From a virus (Duplodnaviria > Caudoviricetes), in IMG/VR virus record IMGVR_UViG_3300022891_000004, positions 1 to 48,260 of that record: a stretch of 48,260 nt of DNA. One strand, written 5' to 3'. The translations under genes and the position numbers were made by a program. The notes under the pieces are model-generated. The model was not told the origin of the DNA, made no database searches, and saw only the letters and a list, made by a program, of their open reading frames with translations. Position 1 is the stretch's first letter; each line of letters opens with the position of its first letter. Positions 37,429 through 44,472 of this stretch are shown here, piece after piece.

Positions 37429-37677
37429 TTAGCCGATTTCGTATGCGCCTGACGCGATCCCCGCAGCGATCGCGGCTCGATGTTGACGATCACCTTCATC
37501 ATTCAAGGCTTTCAGAAATAAGCGCGCCTGGAATGTGTCAATCGGCATACCGTCTGCGTCCAATACGATGCGGTCTTCGGTAATGCCGTAGACCTCCCCG
37601 CCAAACTTGAACCATCTGCGCGTCACGGTGCCGAGTTCTACGTCATCGGTCGCGATCAATTCTAAAGTTTGATTCAT
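37429..37677 (-). CDS. Early hypothetical protein
   Basis: Preceded by the 50-nt element and cactaggacacgcaaac leader. Confidence 0.65.
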   Translation of the reverse strand: MNQTLELIATDDVELGTVTRRWFKFGGEVYGITEDRIVLDADGMPIDTFQARLFLKALNDEGDRQHRAAIAAGIASGAYEIG

Positions 37678-37694
37678 GTTTGCGTGTCCTAGTG

Positions 37695-37744
37695 GGTTCA
37701 GAGTCGAGAGCCTGCTTACGCGGACTCTCTGCTATGAATCAACC
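37695..37744 (-). repeat. 50-nt structured intergenic element, copy A
   Basis: (-) GGTTGATTCATAGCAG-agagtccgc GTAA gcaggctct-CGACTCTGAACC. Confidence 0.85.
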
Positions 37745-37900
37745 CTGGTACCCGGAAGATCTGCCGTACTGGGCACCAGCGGCTATGCGTTTGTAGATGC
37801 GGCGCAGGTCGCTGAACGTAGCTGGCTCGCGAGCGCTGAAGTTCAGGCGCATCGCGGCACGCCAATCACACATCTGGCCATATTCGAAACGCTTAAACAT
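37739..37900 (-). CDS. Early hypothetical protein (53 aa)
   Basis: SD GGAG; MFKRFEYGQMCDW...; stop TGA lies inside repeat A. Confidence 0.6.
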   Translation of the reverse strand: MFKRFEYGQMCDWRAAMRLNFSAREPATFSDLRRIYKRIAAGAQYGRSSGYQG

Positions 37901-38114
37901 GTTGAGTCTCCAGTGGTTCAGAGTCGAGGGTTAGGGCAAGGAGAAGAAATTCTTCAGACACTGCGTCTATTTGCTGATCGTCGCACGCACTATCTACCAC
38001 CGCTTCGATGCTCAGGCCCCAGTGAGAGAACATCAGGCAACGGTCACGGAAATCTTCGTACAACGCTTGCGCGATTGCTGGTGTGAGATCGTTGATGTGG
38101 TGGATCGTGAGCAT
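37893..38114 (-). CDS. Early hypothetical protein
   Basis: Follows repeat B; 3' end overlaps the partial repeat. Confidence 0.55.
   Translation of the reverse strand: MLTIHHINDLTPAIAQALYEDFRDRCLMFSHWGLSIEAVVDSACDDQQIDAVSEEFLLLALTLDSEPLETQHV
37915..37926 (-). repeat. Partial copy (12-nt flank) of the 50-nt element
   Basis: GGTTCAGAGTCG on the + strand. Confidence 0.7.
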
Positions 38115-38133
38115 CTGCGTGTCTTTGCTGATT

Positions 38134-38183
38134 GGTTCAGAGTCGGAGGCCCGATTGCTCAGGCCTCCTGCTATGAATCAACC
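38134..38183 (-). repeat. 50-nt structured intergenic element, copy B
   Basis: (-) GGTTGATTCATAGCAG-gaggcctga GCAA tcgggcctc-CGACTCTGAACC. Confidence 0.85.
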
Positions 38184-38339
38184 TTCGACGTAGGTCTCGA
38201 TGCGCTCGTAGAACGCGTCTATGTCCGTATCGGTCTGCTCGTACTCATGACGCACATCGCGGCGCGCGATCTCTATGGAGACGCCGTAAGACTTGGCGTA
38301 CATCTGCGCTTCGGCTTCCATCTCTGCGGTGAATTGCAT
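38178..38339 (-). CDS. First early gene, acidic 53-aa protein
   Basis: SD AGGAG in cactaggagacgcaaacATG; stop TGA lies inside repeat B. Confidence 0.65.
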   Translation of the reverse strand: MQFTAEMEAEAQMYAKSYGVSIEIARRDVRHEYEQTDTDIDAFYERIETYVEG

Positions 38340-38374
38340 GTTTGCGTCTCCTAGTGTTTGGGCCAGTGGGAAGG

Positions 38375-38404
38375 ACTGTAAACCTACTTGCGTACGCTTG
38401 TCAA
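38375..38404 (-). promoter_or_regulatory. Leftward sigma70-type promoter
   Basis: TTGACA-N18-TACAGT on the - strand. Confidence 0.7.
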
Positions 38405-38426
38405 CATCAATGTGGACGAGTATATT
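38398..38426 (+). promoter_or_regulatory. Rightward sigma70-type promoter (predicts a leaderless HTH mRNA)
   Basis: TTGTCA-N17-TATATT; ATG begins at 38433. Confidence 0.65.
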
Positions 38427-38432
38427 CACCAC

Positions 38433-38651
38433 ATGATTAATCCAATAGAAATGCTGCGTACGCACGTAGGCACACGCTCCAAACGAGAAGTGGCACGCGA
38501 GATGGGAATCTCAGCAACGCTGCTTTGCGATACGTTAAATGGAAAGCGGACGCCAGGCCGGAAGATTCTGAATTATCTGGGCCTGAAACGTACCCAGGAA
38601 GTGAGCTACGAGGTTAACGGCGCGCCGAAGAACAAGCGCAGACGCTCGTGA
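38433..38651 (+). CDS. XRE/Cro-like HTH regulator
   Basis: [33 protein letters not shown]. Confidence 0.85.
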   Translation: MINPIEMLRTHVGTRSKREVAREMGISATLLCDTLNGKRTPGRKILNYLGLKRTQEVSYEVNGAPKNKRRRS

Positions 38652-38962
38652 TCTGCCCCAGCTGTCAGGGCGAAACGAACGTCATCGACAGCCGCGCCTA
38701 TTCCGGCTCCGTGCGCAGGCGCCGCGAGTGCATTAAGTGTGAGCAACGATTCACGACGTTCGAGGTGGTCTCGACAGGCTTAGGAGGACATCCTAATCAC
38801 CTGATCATCTTGGATAAGCGCACGTTCTCAGATCAGATTCGCAGCATGTTTGAGCTGACCCTCAATGAGGTGTTGCTCAAGAGTCGGCCAATCTTTCCAG
38901 ACAGCCAGTCAGAGGAATCATCAGCACAAACGAAAAAGCCCACCGGTGAGGGTGAGCCTTGA
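38648..38962 (+). CDS. NrdR-type Zn-ribbon protein lacking the ATP-cone
   Basis: MICPSC...TNVIDSR.....[18 protein letters not shown]. Confidence 0.8.
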   Translation: MICPSCQGETNVIDSRAYSGSVRRRRECIKCEQRFTTFEVVSTGLGGHPNHLIILDKRTFSDQIRSMFELTLNEVLLKSRPIFPDSQSEESSAQTKKPTGEGEP

Positions 38963-38987
38963 CGTGCCGAGGGGCGAGAGATATGTT
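38959..38987 (+). promoter_or_regulatory. Sigma70-type promoter upstream of the structured non-coding region
   Basis: TTGACG-N17-TATGTT. Confidence 0.65.
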
Positions 38988-38993
38988 CGGACC

Positions 38994-39308
38994 GCGACGA
39001 ACGAACGGGAGTAATCCTACTGACTTGCATTCACAAGTCAATAGTTGAACGACCGTTCAACTGCCGCCTTGCCTTAGGCGGGTCAACCATAGCTAAGACA
39101 TGTTTTAAGCCTCACTAGGGGAATCTGCCACAGAGGCTAGGGCCGAATGTAATCGCTGGCCCAAGGCAGCACGGGGCGTCAGACCGTGAAAGTGAAGCGA
39201 GAGATGGAGTCTGTTCGCACGACCATCCCTGATGGCTCTACAGGGCACTGAGAGGTCAGGATGAATTCCCATTCTCGCTTTCTGCGGGAATGGGGTGAAT
39301 TCGCCTGA
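38994..39308 (+). ncRNA. Candidate structured ncRNA / replication origin
   Basis: No credible ORF; about nine consecutive stem-loops downstream of a promoter. Confidence 0.55.
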
Positions 39309-39333
39309 GTGGATACGAGATAAGAGGTCAGCA

Positions 39334-39627
39334 ATGAAAATCACTAGAAGCTGGATTAGCGAAAATGGGGCTTGGACTGCGGCAATGTTGGCCGAGGTGG
39401 GAATTGAATGGCCACCGTTCAAAGGTTGGGTGGATTCTCTGGTGGGTAGAGAGATCACCGAGGCACAAAGAATCAATATAGAAGGATTGAATCGTCAGAG
39501 AAACGATAAGCACGCGGCGGATGCGGTGAGGCATGCAGCAAAAGCCGAACAGGTTTATTACACGAGACCAGACGGCAAAGGGGATTGGGTTGGATCATGG
39601 GAGAAACCTGAAGGCTGGTTCTCATGA
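39334..39627 (+). CDS. Hypothetical protein
   Basis: SD GAGG; NGAWTAAMLAEVGIEWPP.KGW...L.GREIT. Confidence 0.6.
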   Translation: MKITRSWISENGAWTAAMLAEVGIEWPPFKGWVDSLVGREITEAQRINIEGLNRQRNDKHAADAVRHAAKAEQVYYTRPDGKGDWVGSWEKPEGWFS

Positions 39628-40094
39628 AACTCCCACCTGATTGGCTCGAACAACTCAAATCCGAATACCCCCAACGCTACGGACCTCAAGGCTGGTTGAG
39701 AGTCAGAACGATCCTTCCTCAGTCCATCAGTGCAGGCGCTACTTGGGAGCAGATCCTCTCAGGTACGCGGGCTTACAGAGAATACTGTCTCGCCACCGGA
39801 TCAATCGGCACGCAACACGTCAAGTCCGCTTCAACCTTCTTCGACTACCGCACCCAAGGGTGGACGGAGGACTACGCCCCACCTGAGAAACCACAGAGCG
39901 CCGCAGAACAGAAGCTCAATGCAAGGTGGGAGCAATTAAAAGCCCGCGCCCTATCGATCGGATTCAGATCCCCGATGGCGGTTGAGAGCTGCGATGTGTT
40001 TGAAACCTTCCTGAAGCGTGCCGAGCGCGAGCAACCAAGTCCCGTGCAGAACGTCGTAAGCCTATTGGCTCGTGATAAGTCGATCAGGAGTTGA
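39624..40094 (+). CDS. Replication initiator C-terminal-domain-like protein
   Basis: YPQRYG...GATWEQILSGTRAY..YC...GTQHVKSASTFF resembles the C-terminal part of phage replisome organisers. Confidence 0.5.
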   Translation: MKLPPDWLEQLKSEYPQRYGPQGWLRVRTILPQSISAGATWEQILSGTRAYREYCLATGSIGTQHVKSASTFFDYRTQGWTEDYAPPEKPQSAAEQKLNARWEQLKARALSIGFRSPMAVESCDVFETFLKRAEREQPSPVQNVVSLLARDKSIRS

Positions 40095-40114
40095 CATACG
40101 CAAGCGCTTGCGTA
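40091..40114 (+). promoter_or_regulatory. TTGACA followed by a perfect 18-bp palindrome (operator-like)
   Basis: TTGACA 40091-40096, then TACGCAAGC|GCTTGCGTA 40097-40114; -10 not clear. Confidence 0.6.
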
Positions 40115-40288
40115 ATCATAAAAGCGTTAGGTGATAGAGCTAGTTTACATCTACTCATCAAGGGTGTTTGCAGTCATGCAGATGGAGCCGTTAGGAGCGG
40201 TCGCCGGCACAGCCGGACGGCACATATAACCGGCCAGCGCGCCGCCTACTACTGGCGCGCTGGTCTGAGCTACGAGAAGGCATGAGTC

Positions 40289-40606
40289 ATGACGACCATA
40301 GAAGACTTAAAAGCTTCTTACGATTGGGAAGCTGCATTCGGGTACGCGGATTTTGAAATTTCTGATGTTGCAGAAATCCGCAACGCGATTGAAGGAGAGA
40401 ACGACGCTGATGATTGGATCATCTGGGGAAAGCTGAATAACGGCGATTTTTTCTTTCTTAGCGCTGGGTGTGATTATGCAGGCTGGGATTGCCGAGCTAG
40501 TGGCCACTCTCATCGCTTTCCCACAGAACAAGAGTTAATCCTGATGGGCATGGATCGTGGCGCGCGTGAGCGATTCGGGTTACTGACGCCAGGGGAAACG
40601 GTTTGA
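40289..40606 (+). CDS. Hypothetical protein
   Basis: EGENDADDWI..G.L..G..FFLSAGCDYAGWDC. Confidence 0.7.
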   Translation: MTTIEDLKASYDWEAAFGYADFEISDVAEIRNAIEGENDADDWIIWGKLNNGDFFFLSAGCDYAGWDCRASGHSHRFPTEQELILMGMDRGARERFGLLTPGETV

Positions 40607-40824
40607 ACAAGGTATCTGATGCGTTAGACGCCGAGATGGACGAAGCCTTAAATGACATGGGCTACCCGTCTCGCATTAAACAGCTCGAAGACGCTCTCGC
40701 TCAGGCGAGACGCGATGTCATGGAATACATGATGGTCGAGAACTTTCTCGTAGGCGCTGATGTGGTCACGAAACCTCAGTTTCAGAAGCTCCATGAGATG
40801 GTGCGGGAGTTCAAAAAGCTATGA
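40603..40824 (+). CDS. Hypothetical protein
   Basis: Overlap-coupled ORF. Confidence 0.5.
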   Translation: MNKVSDALDAEMDEALNDMGYPSRIKQLEDALAQARRDVMEYMMVENFLVGADVVTKPQFQKLHEMVREFKKL

Positions 40825-41060
40825 GCGTGATACCGATTTTGAAAAGCCACATGAAAAGCCACAGAGAGCAGATCGCCGACCATGACGCTTATGCTCAGAA
40901 GGTGATGGATAGATATTTGGTGGCGCTACCGGTCTTGTCCGATGCGCAGTTTGCCCTGCTGCAGAGTGCATTCGCGCTTGCTCACGCGGAAGGCTGCGAG
41001 TATGCGACTCAGCAAAACATAGCCATGTTTGAGAAAACATTGAGCCACTTATCCTCATGA
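40821..41060 (+). CDS. Hypothetical protein
   Basis: Overlap-coupled ORF. Confidence 0.55.
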   Translation: MSVIPILKSHMKSHREQIADHDAYAQKVMDRYLVALPVLSDAQFALLQSAFALAHAEGCEYATQQNIAMFEKTLSHLSS

Positions 41061-41389
41061 GCAAGAACCCACACGCAGCTGCGCTCGGTGCGAAGGGCGG
41101 CAAGGCGGGCGTAGGTGCTGCGAAGCGTCGCTCACCGGCTCACTACCGAAAGATGGTTCGGGCGAGGCGCACGCTATCGCCGGCCCAGGCCGACACGGGT
41201 GATGATATCTCGCGCCTCGAGACGGACAATTGCAATTGCGGAGGCTGTTCCATTCTGCTTACCAGCAAAGGCGTATCGCTTTGGTCCGCTGACGGAATGA
41301 CGATCATCCCGCACGCTGACTTCCTACAGATGATCAAATGGTTTCTGATGCCTCAGAGAGCGCGGGACGCGGGCGAGGTGAAGTCGTGA
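41057..41389 (+). CDS. Basic KGG-motif protein
   Basis: KNPHAAALGAKGGKAG...RRS. Confidence 0.6.
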   Translation: MSKNPHAAALGAKGGKAGVGAAKRRSPAHYRKMVRARRTLSPAQADTGDDISRLETDNCNCGGCSILLTSKGVSLWSADGMTIIPHADFLQMIKWFLMPQRARDAGEVKS

Positions 41390-41814
41390 GTGAATCCGAG
41401 TTTAGGCTCTACAAACGTCGCGGATCTATCGAGGCGCGGCCATACGAACACGGAGATCAATCGCGCTTTTCTCTCTCGATTAGTGAGGCCGATTTAAAAC
41501 GGCCCACGTTGCTCGGTGGTTGGGTCGCCCGCAATCCTGACAATCACGACGATCAGTGGTACATCGCGCCCGAGTATTTCGCCAAACATTACGGGGATGA
41601 GGTCGTGAGCGAGTGGCAGCCGATCGAGGCGGCGCCGCGCGATGGCACGCCTATCGATCTATGGCACAAGAACGGATTTCGAATCACCGACACCTGGTGG
41701 GACGCTGGGGATGAAATCTGGACGTGCTATTTCGTCGATGAGGAAATCACCCACTGGATGCCGATTCCAGCGCCGCCAGCCAATGCTGACGGAGCACACA
41801 AGGAATCTGTGTGA
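41386..41814 (+). CDS. Two-module fusion protein with C-terminal DUF551-like domain
   Basis: ARNPDNHDDQWYIA..YF module + SEWQPIEAAPRDGT...THWMPIPAPP. Confidence 0.7.
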   Translation: MSESEFRLYKRRGSIEARPYEHGDQSRFSLSISEADLKRPTLLGGWVARNPDNHDDQWYIAPEYFAKHYGDEVVSEWQPIEAAPRDGTPIDLWHKNGFRITDTWWDAGDEIWTCYFVDEEITHWMPIPAPPANADGAHKESV

Positions 41815-42126
41815 CATGGAACGCCTCAGGCTTTTCGAGGATGAGTAATAACAAGCGGGTCACGGGAATGCTCCCGGTGGCCAAATAATAACCAGTAAGC
41901 AAGAAGCGTACCATGATAGCCATATCAAAGCTGATCCTCTTAGGTGCCGTCATCGGCCTCATCACGATGATCGTGACTCCCTACTACGCCCTGCGAGCGC
42001 AAGCGCTATGAGATTCGTAGGCTGGTATCTCGGATACGTGGTTGTGGCGTCACTGCTGACGCTGGTCGCGCTTCAGCGCTGGAGCCGGCATCGGCGTCGC
42101 GCTCCTGATTCCTCCGAGGTGCAATC

Positions 42127-42510
42127 GTGAAAGCTCATTTCGTGACGTTCTTTAGCCCAGGTACTTTTCTGGCAGAGGCCACCACGATGGATATCGATTC
42201 GTGGGACGTAGAGAAAGCCAAGAAGATGGCCAAGAAGATCAAGGAACGGCACGGCGCCAGACCTTACGGCTTTCAGTTCACGACCCGCTCACGGAGTACG
42301 AAGGATCTGGACAGCAAAGTGACGAAAACCAGTCCGATGTACTACATCGACTGCAAGATCGAAACGCTTGCAGAGGTCGAGAAGCGCAATGATCCGAAGG
42401 AAGAAATTCTTCGCTCTAACATGCGCTTGAATGGTTGGCACAAGATCGTCAGGACGACTAAGGGATGGGGGTGGATTCAGCCGCTAGAGGCCGGCGATGT
42501 TGTCCTGTAG
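42127..42510 (+). CDS. Conserved phage hypothetical protein
   Basis: FVTFFSPGTFLAE...ARPYGFQF...SPMYY; SD GAGG. Confidence 0.7.
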   Translation: MKAHFVTFFSPGTFLAEATTMDIDSWDVEKAKKMAKKIKERHGARPYGFQFTTRSRSTKDLDSKVTKTSPMYYIDCKIETLAEVEKRNDPKEEILRSNMRLNGWHKIVRTTKGWGWIQPLEAGDVVL

Positions 42511-42855
42511 CTGGTCTAGTGCGTCCGAGGTGCAGAAATGAGTGGCGAATGCGAAGCGTGTGGCGACAAGTTGATCGGCCACGAAGATGAGAGCGCAACC
42601 CGCTGTCGATGGTGTGTGACCGGCTGGAAGCCTTCGAGAGAGGATAAAGGCGCAGCCACGGTGATACCAGACAAAGCCTCGGAGGTTCAATCGTGAACGC
42701 TCCAATTCCATGGGTCGGAAAGCCCGCGAACACTGATCTGCGAGCCCAGCTACACGCCGCCGTAAAACGTGGGGACGAGGCAGAAATCGAGCGCTTACAG
42801 ACGCTCATCAATGAGTTCGCGCGAGAGCAGATCTCGGACAATGGAGACGCGCAAC

Positions 42856-43083
42856 GTGGCTAAAGCAACGATGATCTCCTGGGCAAAAGCAAAGCTCGCT
42901 GTGTCTAAGTCGCTGCGGGTACGCAGCGAGAAAGAGCTGCGAGAGCACTTGGATTTCGCGGGCTACAACGCGCCGGAAGCCTACAGGCTCGGAGTCGAAG
43001 AGACTCAGCATGAATTGATCGCGCGTATCAACGCACTGAGACCCGCTGACAGCGCTGACAATGGAAACGCTGGCAATGGCTAA
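42856..43083 (+). CDS. Hypothetical protein
   Basis: GTG start after GGAG. Confidence 0.45.
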   Translation: MAKATMISWAKAKLAVSKSLRVRSEKELREHLDFAGYNAPEAYRLGVEETQHELIARINALRPADSADNGNAGNG

Positions 43084-43360
43084 TCAGCGTTTCGAAGTGG
43101 CCGTGGCATATACCCAAAGCGCCCAAGACGTTCACAAATCCAGTTGGCACGAAGTGAGCGCCAGCGATGCAGAAGATGCGGCGCGAATCCATGCCGAAGA
43201 CTTTGACTCTGCACGCGACTATACGATTGTGCGTGGCAAGCCGAGGCATTTTTGGGTACGAGACAATGATGGAAAAATCACCAGATGGGAAGTCAGCGGA
43301 GAAGCTGAGCCTGTCTACTACGCGACGGAAGTAACCACTGTCAGCGCATCCTCGCCATGA
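43076..43360 (+). CDS. Hypothetical protein
   Basis: A.DAEDAA...AE...WVRD...V.GEAEPVY.A. Confidence 0.55.
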   Translation: MANQRFEVAVAYTQSAQDVHKSSWHEVSASDAEDAARIHAEDFDSARDYTIVRGKPRHFWVRDNDGKITRWEVSGEAEPVYYATEVTTVSASSP

Positions 43361-43713
43361 TTGAGCTGACTTTGAATGAGGCGACGCCGAGCCTGAATAA
43401 GATGATCAGGCTTCATTGGACCGTTGATAGGAAGCTCAAAGCGAAGTGGGTGAAGATGGTATGGGTTGCGCTTCGATCTCAGCGCATGGGGCCTGTCCAG
43501 CCCTTCTCTCGCGCTCGAGTCACCATCACCCGAATCTCCCCGCGTATGCTCGATAAAGATAATCTTTTCTCATCGGTGAAGCATCCCTTGGATGGACTCA
43601 AAATTTGCAGTGTGATCGTGGATGACAGCCCCGAGCACATCGAGTTGATCGTGCGCCAGGAGAAGGGCAAAGCCGGGACGCGTATCCAGATCGAGCCGCT
43701 GTGCGCTGCCTGA
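43357..43713 (+). CDS. rusA: RusA-like Holliday junction resolvase
   Basis: PSLN...RMLDKDNL...K..LDGL....VIVDDS. Confidence 0.85.
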   Translation: MIELTLNEATPSLNKMIRLHWTVDRKLKAKWVKMVWVALRSQRMGPVQPFSRARVTITRISPRMLDKDNLFSSVKHPLDGLKICSVIVDDSPEHIELIVRQEKGKAGTRIQIEPLCAA

Positions 43714-43866
43714 CTTGTGACACAGAATTTGAACCACGCACGCTAAAGCAGCGGCACTGCCACCTGGGCTGTTATAAACTCGTCCATGATCGCCCGCGCT
43801 GGGAGAGGCGCGACCACACGAGTCACGTCTCGCGCTTTCTCAAAGTCCGCGTGAATGGAGCCCAGA

Positions 43867-44472
43867 TTGAAATGCCTTCTTACGCTCGTTCTGCTGCTCG
43901 GTAGTCTGAGCGCCCACGCCCAGCTCATCATGTCGTGTGCGGAGCCGGTGGCGGCCGGCGCCTCGGCCAATACCTGCAAGACGCTTCAATACTCAGAGGC
44001 CTCTGATTCGCTCTCCGTCGTCTCATCGGCCAACGGGGTTTGGTCTGGTTCCACGTGGAACACGTACGCCAAAACCCCCGCCACCTCAAAGCTCGTGCAC
44101 TGTCTCGTACCCGTGATCGTCGGCCTGCCCTTCAAGGCGGGCGTGATCGGTGCGGATCCGTGTCCTTCGAAAGCCTGGGTCCAAAAGAGCACCCAGAGCC
44201 CGCCCAAGGCCGGGCAGGTGAGGATGGAATGGCCCGCCGTGACGAAATACACGGACGGTAAGACGATTGCTCCGGGGGATCATCTGGGATATGAGATTTC
44301 CTGGTGGGAGGGAAATACCTTCCCGCATGTCACGCGCCGCCTCTCCACCGCCAGCACCACCGCCCTCATCACGCTGCCCACAGGGCGGATCTGTGCGGAC
44401 GTTGTGACCAAGACTCGGAACGGCAACTCGAGCGCGACGCCTGCGCTGTGCCTGAATCTCGGTCAGCCCTGA
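43867..44472 (+). CDS. Secreted Cys-rich protein with FN3-like C-terminal domain
   Basis: TTG start after GGAG; signal peptide MKCLLTLVLLLGSLSAHA-Q; W...TKYTDG......GYEISW. Confidence 0.65.
   Translation: MKCLLTLVLLLGSLSAHAQLIMSCAEPVAAGASANTCKTLQYSEASDSLSVVSSANGVWSGSTWNTYAKTPATSKLVHCLVPVIVGLPFKAGVIGADPCPSKAWVQKSTQSPPKAGQVRMEWPAVTKYTDGKTIAPGDHLGYEISWWEGNTFPHVTRRLSTASTTALITLPTGRICADVVTKTRNGNSSATPALCLNLGQP

Noticed and set aside
37695-38183. CRISPR array or integron attC array
   Set aside because: Only two full copies separated by whole genes; no cas or integrase; orientation is GTT...AAC rather than the attC AAC...GTT
38990-40290. tRNA genes in the structured gaps
   Set aside because: No cloverleaf with a T-loop GTTCRA and acceptor stem could be built
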